From Actinomycetota bacterium (GTDB lineage Bacteria; Actinomycetota; Actinomycetes; Mycobacteriales; Micromonosporaceae), in the NCBI GenBank assembly GCA_046724195.1, contig JBKOWB010000433.1:1-36968 (forward strand): a DNA stretch of 36,968 bases, given 5' to 3'. Positions within the stretch are counted from its first letter, which is position 1. The number at the start of each line of letters is the position of its first letter. The notes under the pieces are model-generated. The model was not told the origin of the DNA. It did not search any database and worked only from the letters and a program-made list of their open reading frames with translations. Of this stretch, positions 8,529-17,964 are shown one piece after another. The translations under genes and the position numbers were made by a program.

Positions 8529-9398
8529 CTACCAGGAACCGGCCGTCGGGCCCGCGGATCCGCCCCTGCGCCGCAAGTACTTCTCGAACTCGCTGGCGAT
8601 CTCGTCGCCGGTCAGCGGCTGGATCCCCGCATCGCCCACGCGCTCCTCGAGCTCACGCACATACTCGCCCAGCTCCGCGTCCTGCTCGGCCGCAGCCCGG
8701 ACCCGCTTCTCCCATTCGTCGGCTTCCTCGGCCAGGTCGGTCATGGGCACCGGCAGGTCCAGGACGTCCTCCAAGCGGTGTAGCAGCGCCAGCGTCGCCT
8801 TGGGACACGGCGGGTTGTTCGCGTAGTGCGGCACGTGCACCCAGAACGACAGCGCATCCAGCGCCGCCCGGCCGCAGGCCTCCTGCAGCACCCCGACGAT
8901 GCCGGTCGGGCCGTCGTACCGGGTGGGGACGACCTGGTACTTCTCGGCGACCTCGCTGTGCGACGCCGTTCCGCTGATCGGCAGCGGCCGGGTGTACGGC
9001 ACGTCCGCGAGCAGCGCGCCGAGCAGCACGATCCGGTTGACCTCGAGGCTGTGGCAGACCTCCAGGACCTGCTCGCAGAACGAGCGCCAGCGCATGCTGG
9101 GCTCGATGCCGCGGATCAGCACGACGTCGCGTTCGGTCCCGGGCGGGCTGGCCACCGCGAAGCGGGTGGTCGGCCATTCGATCTTGCGCGTCTCGCCCTC
9201 GGACATCGTGACGGTCGGCCGGCTGACCTGGAAGTCGTAGTAATCCTCCGGGTCGATGGTGGTGATCTCGCGGGCCTGCCACACCTGCTCGAGGTGCTCC
9301 ACGGCCGCCGTCGACGCATCCGCCGCGTCGTTCCAGCCCTCGAAGGCGGCGATCGCCACGGGGGAGCGCAGCAGGGGAAGGCCGTCGAACTCGGTCAC
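8529..9398 (-). CDS. PAC2 family (proteasome assembly chaperone-like) protein
   Basis: AAFEGWNDAADA, DPEDYYDFQVSRP, GIEPSMRW, LGALLADVPYTRP and VPHY...PCPKA. Confidence 0.92.
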   Translation of the reverse strand: MTEFDGLPLLRSPVAIAAFEGWNDAADASTAAVEHLEQVWQAREITTIDPEDYYDFQVSRPTVTMSEGETRKIEWPTTRFAVASPPGTERDVVLIRGIEPSMRWRSFCEQVLEVCHSLEVNRIVLLGALLADVPYTRPLPISGTASHSEVAEKYQVVPTRYDGPTGIVGVLQEACGRAALDALSFWVHVPHYANNPPCPKATLALLHRLEDVLDLPVPMTDLAEEADEWEKRVRAAAEQDAELGEYVRELEERVGDAGIQPLTGDEIASEFEKYLRRRGGSAGPTAGSW

Positions 9399-9573
9399 GG
9401 TGCCAACCTTTCGGTACTCACGTACTCAGAGCGTACGTGCCGGGCCGTTGTCGCACCCGGCGGCCGCGCCGGACGGCGAACCCGGGGTCGGGCGCCGAGA
9501 GCCCCGTCACACTCGGCCGTGCCCTGGAGTAGGCCATTCGGCGCAGCGACGCCGAAGCCATTAACCTGGCAAG

Positions 9574-12500
9574 GTGCCGAATGACTTCCTTGCCGCGCTA
9601 GCCGACCGCATCCTCGTTGCCGACGGGGCGATGGGCACGATGTTGCAGGCCGCGGACTTGAGCGTCGAGGAGGACTTCCAGGGGCTGGAGGGCTGCAACG
9701 AGATCCTCAACGTCACCCGGCCCGACGTGGTTCTCGGCGTGCACGAGGCGTACCTCGCGGCCGGGTCGGATTGCGTGGAGACCAACACGTTCGGCGCCAA
9801 CCTCGGCAATCTCGGCGACTACGACATTCAACACCGGATCCGCGAGCTTTCCGCGGCTGGCGCGCGGATCGCGCGCCAGGCGGCCGATGCCTTCACGACC
9901 GCGGAGCAGCCCCGGTACGTCCTTGGGTCGATGGGACCCGGCACGAAGTTGCCGACGCTGGGCCACACGCACTACTCCTCCCTGCGGGACGCCTACCAGG
10001 AGAACGCGGCCGGCCTGATCCTCGGCGGCGCCGACGCGCTCATCGTCGAGACCTGCCAGGACCTGCTGCAGACCAAAGCCGCCGTGGTCGGCGCGCACCG
10101 GGCGATGGCCGAGGTCGGGCAGAAGGTGCCGCTGATCTGCCACGTCACCGTGGAGACGACCGGGACCATGCTGCTCGGCAGCGAGATCGGTGCCGCATTG
10201 ACCGCGCTGGAGCCGCTCGGCATCGACTTGATCGGACTCAACTGCGCGACCGGCCCGGCGGAGATGACGGAGCACCTGCGTTTCCTGTCGCAGCACGCCC
10301 GCGTACCCCTGTCGGTCATGCCGAACGCGGGCCTGCCGGTCCTCGCGGCCGGCGGCGCCTACTACCCCCTGACCCCCGATGAGCTCGCGGAGGCTCTTGA
10401 CCGTTTCGCCGGGGAGTACGGCGTCTCGCTGGTCGGCGGATGCTGCGGCACCACTCCCGCGCACATCGCGGCGGTGGTCGCCAAGCTGCGTGGCGCGCAG
10501 GCCGCGCCGCGGACGCCGGCGCACGATCCGGGCGTCGCGTCGATCTTCCACGAGGTGCCGTTCCGGCAGGATGCCGGCGTGTTGATGATCGGCGAGCGGA
10601 CCAACGCGAACGGCTCCAAGGCGTTCCGCGAGCCGATGCTGGCCGGCGACTGGCAGGCCTGCGTGGAGATCGCCCGCAGCCAGGCCCGTGACGGCTCGCA
10701 CATGCTCGACCTCTGCGTCGACTACGTCGGGCGCGACGGTACCCAGGACATGCGCGAGCTGGCCGGCCGGTTCGCGACCGCGTCCACACTGCCGATCATG
10801 CTGGACTCGACCGAACCGCAGGTGGTCGAGGCCGGCCTCGAGATGCTCGGCGGCCGCTGCGTCGTCAACTCGGTCAACTACGAGGACGGCGACGGCCCGA
10901 CGTCGCGCTTCGCGCGCGTCATGCCGATCGTCAGGGAGCACGGCGCCGCGGTGGTCGCGCTGACCATCGACGAGGAGGGCCAGGCCCGGACCGCCGACTG
11001 GAAGGTCCGGGTGGCGTCGCGGTTGATCGACGACCTCACCGGTACGTGGGGATTGGCGCGCTCGGACATCCTGGTCGACTGCCTCACCTTCCCCATCGCC
11101 ACCGGCCAGGAGGAGACCCGCCGCGACGGCCTGGAGACCATCGAGGCGATCCGCCGGATCAATGAGTTGTACCCCGGGGTGAACTTCACGCTCGGCATCT
11201 CGAACATCTCGTTCGGGCTGAACCCGGCCGCCCGCCAGGTGCTCAACTCGGTGTTCCTGAACGAGTGCGCCCAGGCCGGCATGACCAGCGCGATCGTGCA
11301 CGCCAGCAAGATCCTGCCGATGTCGAAGATCGCCGAGGAGCAGCGCCAGGTCGCGCTGGACATGGTCTACGACCGGCGTACGAAGGGTTACGACCCGCTG
11401 CAGAAGTTCCTCCAGCTGTTCGAGGGCGTAGACGTCGCCTCGGCCCGGGAGACACGGGCCCAGGAGCTGGCGTCGCTGCCACTGGACGAGCGGCTCAAGC
11501 GGCGGATCATCGACGGCGAGCGCAACGGGCTCGAGGCCGACCTCGACGCCGCACTCGAGTCGCAGCCGGCGCTGGCCATCGTGAACGACGTCCTGCTCGA
11601 CGGCATGAAGACCGTCGGCGAGCTGTTCGGTTCCGGTCAGATGCAGCTGCCGTTCGTGCTGCAGTCCGCCGAGGTGATGAAGGCGGCGGTCGCCTACCTC
11701 GAGCCGCACATGGAGAAGCACGAGGACGAGGACGGCAAGGGCCGGATCGTGCTCGCCACGGTCAAGGGCGACGTGCACGACATCGGCAAGAACCTGGTCG
11801 ACATCATCCTCAGCAACAACGGCTACGAGGTCGTCAACATCGGCATCAAGCAGCCGATCAACGCCATCATCGACGCCGCCGAGCAGCACCAGGCCGACGC
11901 GATCGGCATGTCCGGCCTGCTCGTGAAGAGCACGGTCGTGATGAAGGAGAACCTTCAGGAACTGGCCGCTCGCGGGGTGGCCGACCGGTTCCCGGTCCTG
12001 CTCGGCGGTGCCGCGCTGACCCGCTCGTACGTCGAGGACGACCTGCGTTCGCAGTACGCCGGAGAGGTGCACTACGCCCGCGACGCGTTCGAGGGTCTGT
12101 CCCTGATGGACAAGGTCATGACCGCCAAGCGCGGCGGCACGGCCGTGGTCGATCCCGAACGCGAGGCCGCGCTTGCCGCCCGCCGCGCCCGGCGCGACCG
12201 GCAGCGTGCACTGGTCACGGACCACCTGCCCGCATTGGACGACACGTCGGTCCGCTCCGACATCGCGGCCGACAACGACGTCCCGGTGCCGCCGTTCTTC
12301 GGCACCCGCGTCATCAAGGGCATCCCGCTGGCCGAGTACGCCGCGATGCTCGACGAGCGCGCGACGTTCCTCGGCCAGTGGGGCCTGCGCGGTGCCCGCG
12401 GCGGCAGCGGCCCGTCGTATGAGGAACTGGTGGAGACCGAGGGCCGTCCCCGGCTGCGCTACTGGCTGGACCGGCTGGCGGCCGACCACGTCCTCGAGGC

Positions 12501-13092
12501 CGCCGTGGTGTACGGCTACTTCCCGGCGTACTCGGAGGGCAACACGCTGGTGGTGCTCGACGAGAACGCGGCGTCGGAGCGTGCGCGCTTCACGTTTCCG
12601 CGCCAGCGCCAGGAGCGGCGACTCTGCCTAGCCGACTTCTTCAAGCCGCGCGCCGAAGGTCTCGACGTGGTCAGCCTCCAGCTCGTGACGGTAGGCCAAC
12701 CGATCAGCGAGTACACGGCGAAGATGTTCGCTCGCGACGAATACCGGGACTACCTCGAGGTGCACGGCCTGTCGGTGCAGCTCACCGAGGCGCTGGCGGA
12801 ATACTGGCACCGGCGGGTCCGTTCCGAGTTGATCCTGCCGGACGGTTCGTCAGTGGGCGCCGGCGACCCGCCCGACCTGGCCGGCATCCTCAAGAACGAC
12901 TACCGCGGTTGCCGGTACTCGTTCGGCTATCCGGCCTGCCCGGACCTGGAGGACCGGGCCAAGGTCGTCGATCTGCTGGGCGCGGGCCGCATCGGCGTGA
13001 CGCTGTCGGAGGAATTCCAGCTCGAGCCGGAGCAGTCAACGGACGCGATCATCGTCCACCACCCGGACGCCAACTACTTCAACGCCAAGTAG
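9574..13092 (+). CDS. metH: Cobalamin-dependent methionine synthase
   Basis: DGAMGT, GLNCATG, GGCCGT, IGERTNANGS, the B12 motif GDVHDIGKN and C-terminal RYSFGYPACP. TAACCT -10-like box at 9562-9567 suggests a leaderless start. Confidence 0.97.
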   Translation: MPNDFLAALADRILVADGAMGTMLQAADLSVEEDFQGLEGCNEILNVTRPDVVLGVHEAYLAAGSDCVETNTFGANLGNLGDYDIQHRIRELSAAGARIARQAADAFTTAEQPRYVLGSMGPGTKLPTLGHTHYSSLRDAYQENAAGLILGGADALIVETCQDLLQTKAAVVGAHRAMAEVGQKVPLICHVTVETTGTMLLGSEIGAALTALEPLGIDLIGLNCATGPAEMTEHLRFLSQHARVPLSVMPNAGLPVLAAGGAYYPLTPDELAEALDRFAGEYGVSLVGGCCGTTPAHIAAVVAKLRGAQAAPRTPAHDPGVASIFHEVPFRQDAGVLMIGERTNANGSKAFREPMLAGDWQACVEIARSQARDGSHMLDLCVDYVGRDGTQDMRELAGRFATASTLPIMLDSTEPQVVEAGLEMLGGRCVVNSVNYEDGDGPTSRFARVMPIVREHGAAVVALTIDEEGQARTADWKVRVASRLIDDLTGTWGLARSDILVDCLTFPIATGQEETRRDGLETIEAIRRINELYPGVNFTLGISNISFGLNPAARQVLNSVFLNECAQAGMTSAIVHASKILPMSKIAEEQRQVALDMVYDRRTKGYDPLQKFLQLFEGVDVASARETRAQELASLPLDERLKRRIIDGERNGLEADLDAALESQPALAIVNDVLLDGMKTVGELFGSGQMQLPFVLQSAEVMKAAVAYLEPHMEKHEDEDGKGRIVLATVKGDVHDIGKNLVDIILSNNGYEVVNIGIKQPINAIIDAAEQHQADAIGMSGLLVKSTVVMKENLQELAARGVADRFPVLLGGAALTRSYVEDDLRSQYAGEVHYARDAFEGLSLMDKVMTAKRGGTAVVDPEREAALAARRARRDRQRALVTDHLPALDDTSVRSDIAADNDVPVPPFFGTRVIKGIPLAEYAAMLDERATFLGQWGLRGARGGSGPSYEELVETEGRPRLRYWLDRLAADHVLEAAVVYGYFPAYSEGNTLVVLDENAASERARFTFPRQRQERRLCLADFFKPRAEGLDVVSLQLVTVGQPISEYTAKMFARDEYRDYLEVHGLSVQLTEALAEYWHRRVRSELILPDGSSVGAGDPPDLAGILKNDYRGCRYSFGYPACPDLEDRAKVVDLLGAGRIGVTLSEEFQLEPEQSTDAIIVHHPDANYFNAK

Positions 13093-13331
13093 GCGCCACC
13101 GGCATCACAGGCCGTCGAGGCCGTGCTAGATACAAGCCCCCATACCGGCTGCGTCGATCAAGAACTGACTCGTGTACACATTTACCCCGGGAGTGACCGG
13201 ATCGTTCTCTACCGTTACGGCTAGAGTGTGGCTCCCTGCCGCTAGCTCACCTGGCGCCACCACCCGCCCTTGTACAAGGACATACTCTTTCGGAGGGGTA
13301 ACTGGATAGGTCCCACGGTTTCAGCAAGGAG

Positions 13332-13359
13332 GTCGGCATAATGCGGATGTCGGCATAAT
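13332..13359 (-). mobile_element. Direct repeat resembling a RIT (recombinase-in-trio) element terminus
   Basis: GTCGGCATAAT at 13332-13342 and 13349-13359. The minus strand reads TTATGCCG-N9-TTATGCCG and starts exactly where integrase homology stops. Confidence 0.5.
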
Positions 13360-13800
13360 CGTGCAGCCGGATGGGCGGCAGGCCGGCCCGGTCGACAAGC
13401 CGGTTGAACCGTGCTGTGAGGGTGTCGGGATGCAGTGGCCTCCCATCGGGATAGACGAACAGGAGGCCGTGATCCGGATAGGTAGGCCCCCACCCCGCTC
13501 GTTCCTCGTCGAGCACCTGAACGTGGGCCCATAGGGCTGCGGCTGTAAGTGGATCAAGCGATATCATCCGCCGGCTGTTCTCGCTCTTGCCGGCGGTTAT
13601 CACTGGCTCATTATCGGGTGGCGGGACCGAACGGCCAAGATCGCCCGGCCCGGATACGGCCCAAACGACGGCCACCAAGCATGACTAACAATGGCCAACG
13701 ATGACGGCTCTTCTCCTGGTTGAAGTCACGGTCTGTGGATAGATGCGCATCGAGAGGCCAGCTCGGTGTATGGGGCTGAAATTTCCTCAGCTCGACCTGG
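13358..13800 (-). pseudogene. Fragmented tyrosine integrase (catalytic domain remnant)
   Basis: GKSENSRRMISLDPLT..LLFVYPDGRPLHPDTLTARFNRLVDRAGLPPIRLHD, truncated before the HxxR Arg. A degenerate upstream piece lies in another frame (ELRKF..STDRDF..LLVMLGGRR). Confidence 0.8.
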
Positions 13801-13944
13801 ATCACCGGCCGTTTCCGACATGGCAGGCGGCCGCCGTCGATGATCGGCCCGTGACGTCACCCGATCGGTGACAACTACCGCACTTTGGGGAGGGTTCGGC
13901 TCCGCAGGGATATTCTGAAGACGAGGCCGTTGCTATCGTGCCTC

Positions 13945-15390
13945 ATGCTTTTGCGCCGCCTGCGGGCACACGCGGGCGTGATTGCTCTGCTCACCGCCTT
14001 CCTCGTCGGGCGGTTGGCGGTGTGGTTCCGGGAGCCGGTGTACGTCTCGGCCGACTCGCCGGGGTACCGCGGCGGCACCGGGTTGACCTTCCACGACGTG
14101 CTCTCCCTGACCGGTAACGCACCCCGGCCCTGGGGGACGCCGCTGTTCTACTTCCTCTTTCCCGACGACGGCGCGCGGGCGTTCGGTCAGTGGGTCGTGG
14201 GCACCGTGGCCTGGGCGCTGTTGACCGTCGTCCTGTACGCCTACCTGCGCAACCCGGTCGCACGACACGTCGCCGCGGCGAGCGTGCTCGTCGTCGGGCT
14301 CACCAAGCCCGTCACCGACTGGGACCTCTACATCGGGTCCGAGTCGCTGTCGATAAGCCTCGCTGTTGCGAGCGTCGCGCTGTTCATCTGGTACGGGGCC
14401 GGCGGACGCCGGGCGGTCCTGATCGCGTTGACGGCCACGGCGTTCTGGTGGACCTTCATCCGGCCAGAGTTACGGGTTCTGGTCGGCTTCCTCATCGTCG
14501 GGCTCGTCCTGCTCGCCCTGTTCGAGAGGTCGCGCCGGAAGGCCGCGCTAGTCGCGGCGACGGTCCTCGTCGGCGCGGCCGGGTGGCTGACTGCCAACTT
14601 CCCGGCGTCCGAACGCGCGTTCTCCGCCTACACCTGGCACGGCCTGAACCTGACCGAGTCGACCTTCATCTACCGCCTCCGGTTCCAGGTCATGCCCAAC
14701 CCCGACGTCCTGCGGATCTACCGACGGGACCTCGGCATGCCCGCCTGCCCGGCCGCCGAGCGCGTCGCGCACTACGGCGCTTGGCGGATCTCCGAGTTCG
14801 TCAAGGCCTACCAGTCCTGTCCCGAGCTCGCGGCCTGGGGGCACAAGAACGCCGGATCGTCCGGCTTCCGGTTCGCCGAGGCGGCGACCCACCTCTACCT
14901 TCACGAGACCCTCAAGGTGCTCCCGGCGACGCTGAGCGGCGACGCCGGCCACGGCGTGTCGGTGTTGCCGAAGGCCGTCGAGCGGACCGTGTGGCCGTCG
15001 ACCGGGATGGTGCTGAACGCCCTGACCGGCGCATACCTGGTCGCGCTGCTGCTGGCCGCGGTGTCCGGGGCCTTCCGCCGCCGCAAGACGCTGGTCTACA
15101 CGTCGCTGGGCACCATGGCTGCCGCCCTGGTCTCGACCTTCCTGGGCCTCATGTACGCCGCCGGGCAGTACGCCAGGTTCGGCATCCAAGAGACGGTGCT
15201 CATCCACATCGCCATCCTCCTGATGGCGGTCGGCGCAATCGACGCGCTGGCCGGTCGGGTCCGGGACCAGTCGACGGCCGAGGCCCCCGCCGAGCCCGAT
15301 CCCGCCCAGGCGGAGCCCGCGGCCACCCAGCACATTCCCGTCGCACCAGTCATGAGCGAAGATCATTTGCCGAAGAAGGCCAACACGTAG
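13945..15390 (+). CDS. Polytopic membrane protein, possibly a GT-C-fold glycosyltransferase
   Basis: About 10 hydrophobic segments, ADSPGY after TM1, SESL and IRP motifs, and a large soluble loop with two Cys. The start is inferred from TATCGT 5 nt upstream. Confidence 0.6.
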   Translation: MLLRRLRAHAGVIALLTAFLVGRLAVWFREPVYVSADSPGYRGGTGLTFHDVLSLTGNAPRPWGTPLFYFLFPDDGARAFGQWVVGTVAWALLTVVLYAYLRNPVARHVAAASVLVVGLTKPVTDWDLYIGSESLSISLAVASVALFIWYGAGGRRAVLIALTATAFWWTFIRPELRVLVGFLIVGLVLLALFERSRRKAALVAATVLVGAAGWLTANFPASERAFSAYTWHGLNLTESTFIYRLRFQVMPNPDVLRIYRRDLGMPACPAAERVAHYGAWRISEFVKAYQSCPELAAWGHKNAGSSGFRFAEAATHLYLHETLKVLPATLSGDAGHGVSVLPKAVERTVWPSTGMVLNALTGAYLVALLLAAVSGAFRRRKTLVYTSLGTMAAALVSTFLGLMYAAGQYARFGIQETVLIHIAILLMAVGAIDALAGRVRDQSTAEAPAEPDPAQAEPAATQHIPVAPVMSEDHLPKKANT

Positions 15391-15592
15391 CCGTCTGGGT
15401 CGCGGAGCTGGAACTCGCAGTCGGACTATTGCTCCCAGTATCGCCGACCAGATGAGCGGGTCCTGGTATCGCCACAGACCCACGCCGGCCGTTCCTCTAC
15501 ATGGACCCCAGCCGGGCGATGCATCCGAAGATCGGGTGGCACGGCCGGTCATCACCGTTGACGCCGGGCCGCAGTTCACTGTCCTAGCCGTG

Positions 15593-15616
15593 GCTGACAG
15601 CAACGCTGACAGCAAC
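15593..15616 (+). repeat. 12-bp tandem direct repeat, integrase arm-site-like
   Basis: GCTGACAGCAAC twice, perfect. Confidence 0.65.
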
Positions 15617-15760
15617 GAGCTCAACCGAGCCAGGACGACGCCCACCGACGACGGACGTCCGCCCGAGGTCAGAGGCACGGACGGCGACGGACGGGCGGAC
15701 GACAGCCGAAGACGGTCCGGCGGATTCTGCCTGCGGCTGGCGTCGAGCCGGACTGAGCGT

Positions 15761-15780
15761 TGGGCACATCGTGGGCACAT
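15761..15780 (+). repeat. Direct repeat with 11-bp period, integrase arm-site-like
   Basis: TGGGCACAT-cg-TGGGCACAT. Confidence 0.6.
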
Positions 15781-15853
15781 GACAGCAGAAAGGATGCCAA
15801 GAACCAGCGGGAAACGTTGGGTCCTGGTTTCAGCAGGTCAAGGGCCGAATAGC

Positions 15854-15888
15854 GAGATCCGCGCAGGTCACGCGACTGCGCGGATCTC
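15854..15888. other. Perfect 13-bp inverted repeat
   Basis: GAGATCCGCGCAG-N9-CTGCGCGGATCTC. Confidence 0.7.
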
Positions 15889-16293
15889 TTCCACGCCAAG
15901 TAGCCGGCATACCTGGCCTGACCTGCGGTCGAGCACGTCTGGAGAGGCCAGAAACCACGATCATGCCGCCTCCGTGCCGGCCAGGTCGCTGTGCCGTCGA
16001 TCGCGACGGCGGCGACGGCCGCGTCGATCGACCGGGGCTCCGGTCTCGCTGGTCGGCAGCGAGTGGGTGCAGACCCGGACGGTGAAGCCGGTGTAGGCGT
16101 TGCCGAGTAGTCCGAGCGCGCCGTCGCAAAGGCAGGGCCGTCCGGGTGGCGAAATACAGGCGGACCGTCCCGCCGACGACGCCTCTGCAAAGCCGAGCAG
16201 GGCGAGTTCCCCAGAGGCACCGGAGGTTTCAGCCGTAAGACATCGGTGACTGCATACAGAAGATGTGTTGAATCCGATGAAAAGGAGTCACTG

Positions 16294-17964
16294 GTGACAG
16301 CGACTCGCAGCGAAACCCCGGAAGTGCTCGGCCACCTGGACCGGCGCGTACCGACCTCTTTCTACTGGTCGCTCACGCTGCTCGCCACGGTGGGTGGGTT
16401 CCTCTTCGGCTACGACACGGCAAACATCGGCTCGGTGCTCAAGTTCCTGCCGTACGAGCTGACTCCCCTCGTGGAGGGCTACCTGGTGGCCGGCGCCTCG
16501 ATCGGGGCCGCCGTCGGTGCCCTCGCCGCGGGACGCCTGTCGGATCGGTTCGGCCGGAAGTCGTTGCTGATCATCGACGCGGCGATCTATGCGGTCGGTG
16601 CGCTCCTGTCGGCCTTCGCCTGGGACCTGTCCGTACTGCTCATCGCCCGTACGCTCATCGGTCTGGCGATCGGTGCCGACTCGGCGATCGCGACCGCGTA
16701 CATCGCCGAATGCGCGCCGAAGGCGCGCCGCGGCGCGCTGGCCATGCTGCAGCAATGGATGATCACAGTGGGCATCCTGGTGTCGTACCTTGTAGCCCTC
16801 GCCGTCCTGCTCCCGCTGCCCGACAGCACAAAGACGCTCGACTGGCGGTTGATCCTCGGCATCGGCGCCATCCCCGCGCTGATCGCGGTGGTACTGCGTG
16901 CCCGGATGCCGGAATCGCCACGCTGGCTGATGCGTCAGGGCCGGTTCGATGACACGCGCGACGCGCTCAGCAAGCTTGGCATCAATGTGACCAGCGAGCA
17001 GGTCGAGCGCAGCGCCCAGGTCGTCGACGAGCAGGAACGGGCGGCGCGTAAGAGCCCGACGAAGTGGAGCCGCGGCGTGCGGCGCGCGCTGGTGATCGTC
17101 TGCGTGTTCTTCGTGTTCCAGCAGATCACCGGCATCAACATGCCGTTCTACTACGGACCGAAGCTGCTCGCGCCCTACCTGCAGAGTGGCAGCGACGAGG
17201 TGGCCGCGGCGATTGCCGCTGTCGCCGTGACCGCGGTCCTCAGCACGATCAACGTGATCGCGACGTACGTCGCGTTCAAGTTCATCGACCGGATCGGGCG
17301 GCGCAAGCTCGCCATCGGCGGATACGCCGGCATGGCGGCCGCGATGCTGATCGGTGCCGCTGGGGTGGCACTCACTGGCGGGCTGACCCGGGTCGTCTTC
17401 ATCATGATCGGTCTCAGCCTGTTCATCACGGCGTTTGCGATCGGGGTCGGCGGCACCGGCTGGCTGATCCAAGGCGAGTACTTCCCGACCGCCGTGCGCG
17501 GCCGCGCCGCCGCCTTCGGCGCCTCGGTCGACTGGCTGGCCAACTTCGCCCTCATCCTGCTGGTGCCTACGATGCTCACCGGCCTCGGCCTGGGGTGGGT
17601 GATGGTGCTGTTCGCCGCGCTCTCCGTACTCGCGATCCTGTTCGTGGTGGCGTTCCTGCCCGAGACAAAGGAGTTGTCGGTCGAAGAGATCACCGAAATC
17701 TTCGAACGGCAGGCCACCGGTGGCTCGGGCAGCCACCCGGAAGATCGGCTGATCCCAGTCGGCGCTGGTCGCACCTCCCGGCTTCCCACCTGTCCACGGC
17801 GCGGCCCGCCGACCTCAAGCTGGGGGGCCGCGCGGCGATGGTCCGTCACGGCGCGTACGACGCCGTGGGCTGACCGACCGTCCCCGGCCGGACCGCCAAG
17901 ATACCGCCGGCGTTCAGTTGGGCCGCACGAGCGGCGGCGTCGAGATGCTCGCGAGCGGTTGTGA
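16294..17964 (+). CDS. Sugar porter family MFS transporter
   Basis: GGFLFGYDT, DRFGRK, PESPRWL, QQITGIN, DRIGRR and PETK motifs. AAGGAG RBS before GTG 16294. The 3' end overlaps the convergent gene. Confidence 0.92.
   Translation: MTATRSETPEVLGHLDRRVPTSFYWSLTLLATVGGFLFGYDTANIGSVLKFLPYELTPLVEGYLVAGASIGAAVGALAAGRLSDRFGRKSLLIIDAAIYAVGALLSAFAWDLSVLLIARTLIGLAIGADSAIATAYIAECAPKARRGALAMLQQWMITVGILVSYLVALAVLLPLPDSTKTLDWRLILGIGAIPALIAVVLRARMPESPRWLMRQGRFDDTRDALSKLGINVTSEQVERSAQVVDEQERAARKSPTKWSRGVRRALVIVCVFFVFQQITGINMPFYYGPKLLAPYLQSGSDEVAAAIAAVAVTAVLSTINVIATYVAFKFIDRIGRRKLAIGGYAGMAAAMLIGAAGVALTGGLTRVVFIMIGLSLFITAFAIGVGGTGWLIQGEYFPTAVRGRAAAFGASVDWLANFALILLVPTMLTGLGLGWVMVLFAALSVLAILFVVAFLPETKELSVEEITEIFERQATGGSGSHPEDRLIPVGAGRTSRLPTCPRRGPPTSSWGAARRWSVTARTTPWADRPSPAGPPRYRRRSVGPHERRRRDARERL

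Noticed and set aside
9399-9573. SAM or cobalamin riboswitch upstream of metH
   Set aside because: No recognisable aptamer core, and a -10-like box lies 6 nt before the start, leaving no room for a leader.
9598-12489. 963-aa antisense ORF and similar long shadow ORFs (e.g. 31889-33808, 16288-17736)
   Set aside because: These are expected antisense frames of high-GC genes and carry no motifs.
15452-16096. 214-aa ORF
   Set aside because: Arg/Ser/Pro-rich with no recognisable domain, and it spans repeat and hairpin debris.
13093-16290. tRNA gene or tRNA-derived att core in the island
   Set aside because: No cloverleaf or GTTCGA(A/G)TC..CCA-type fragment was noticed on either strand.
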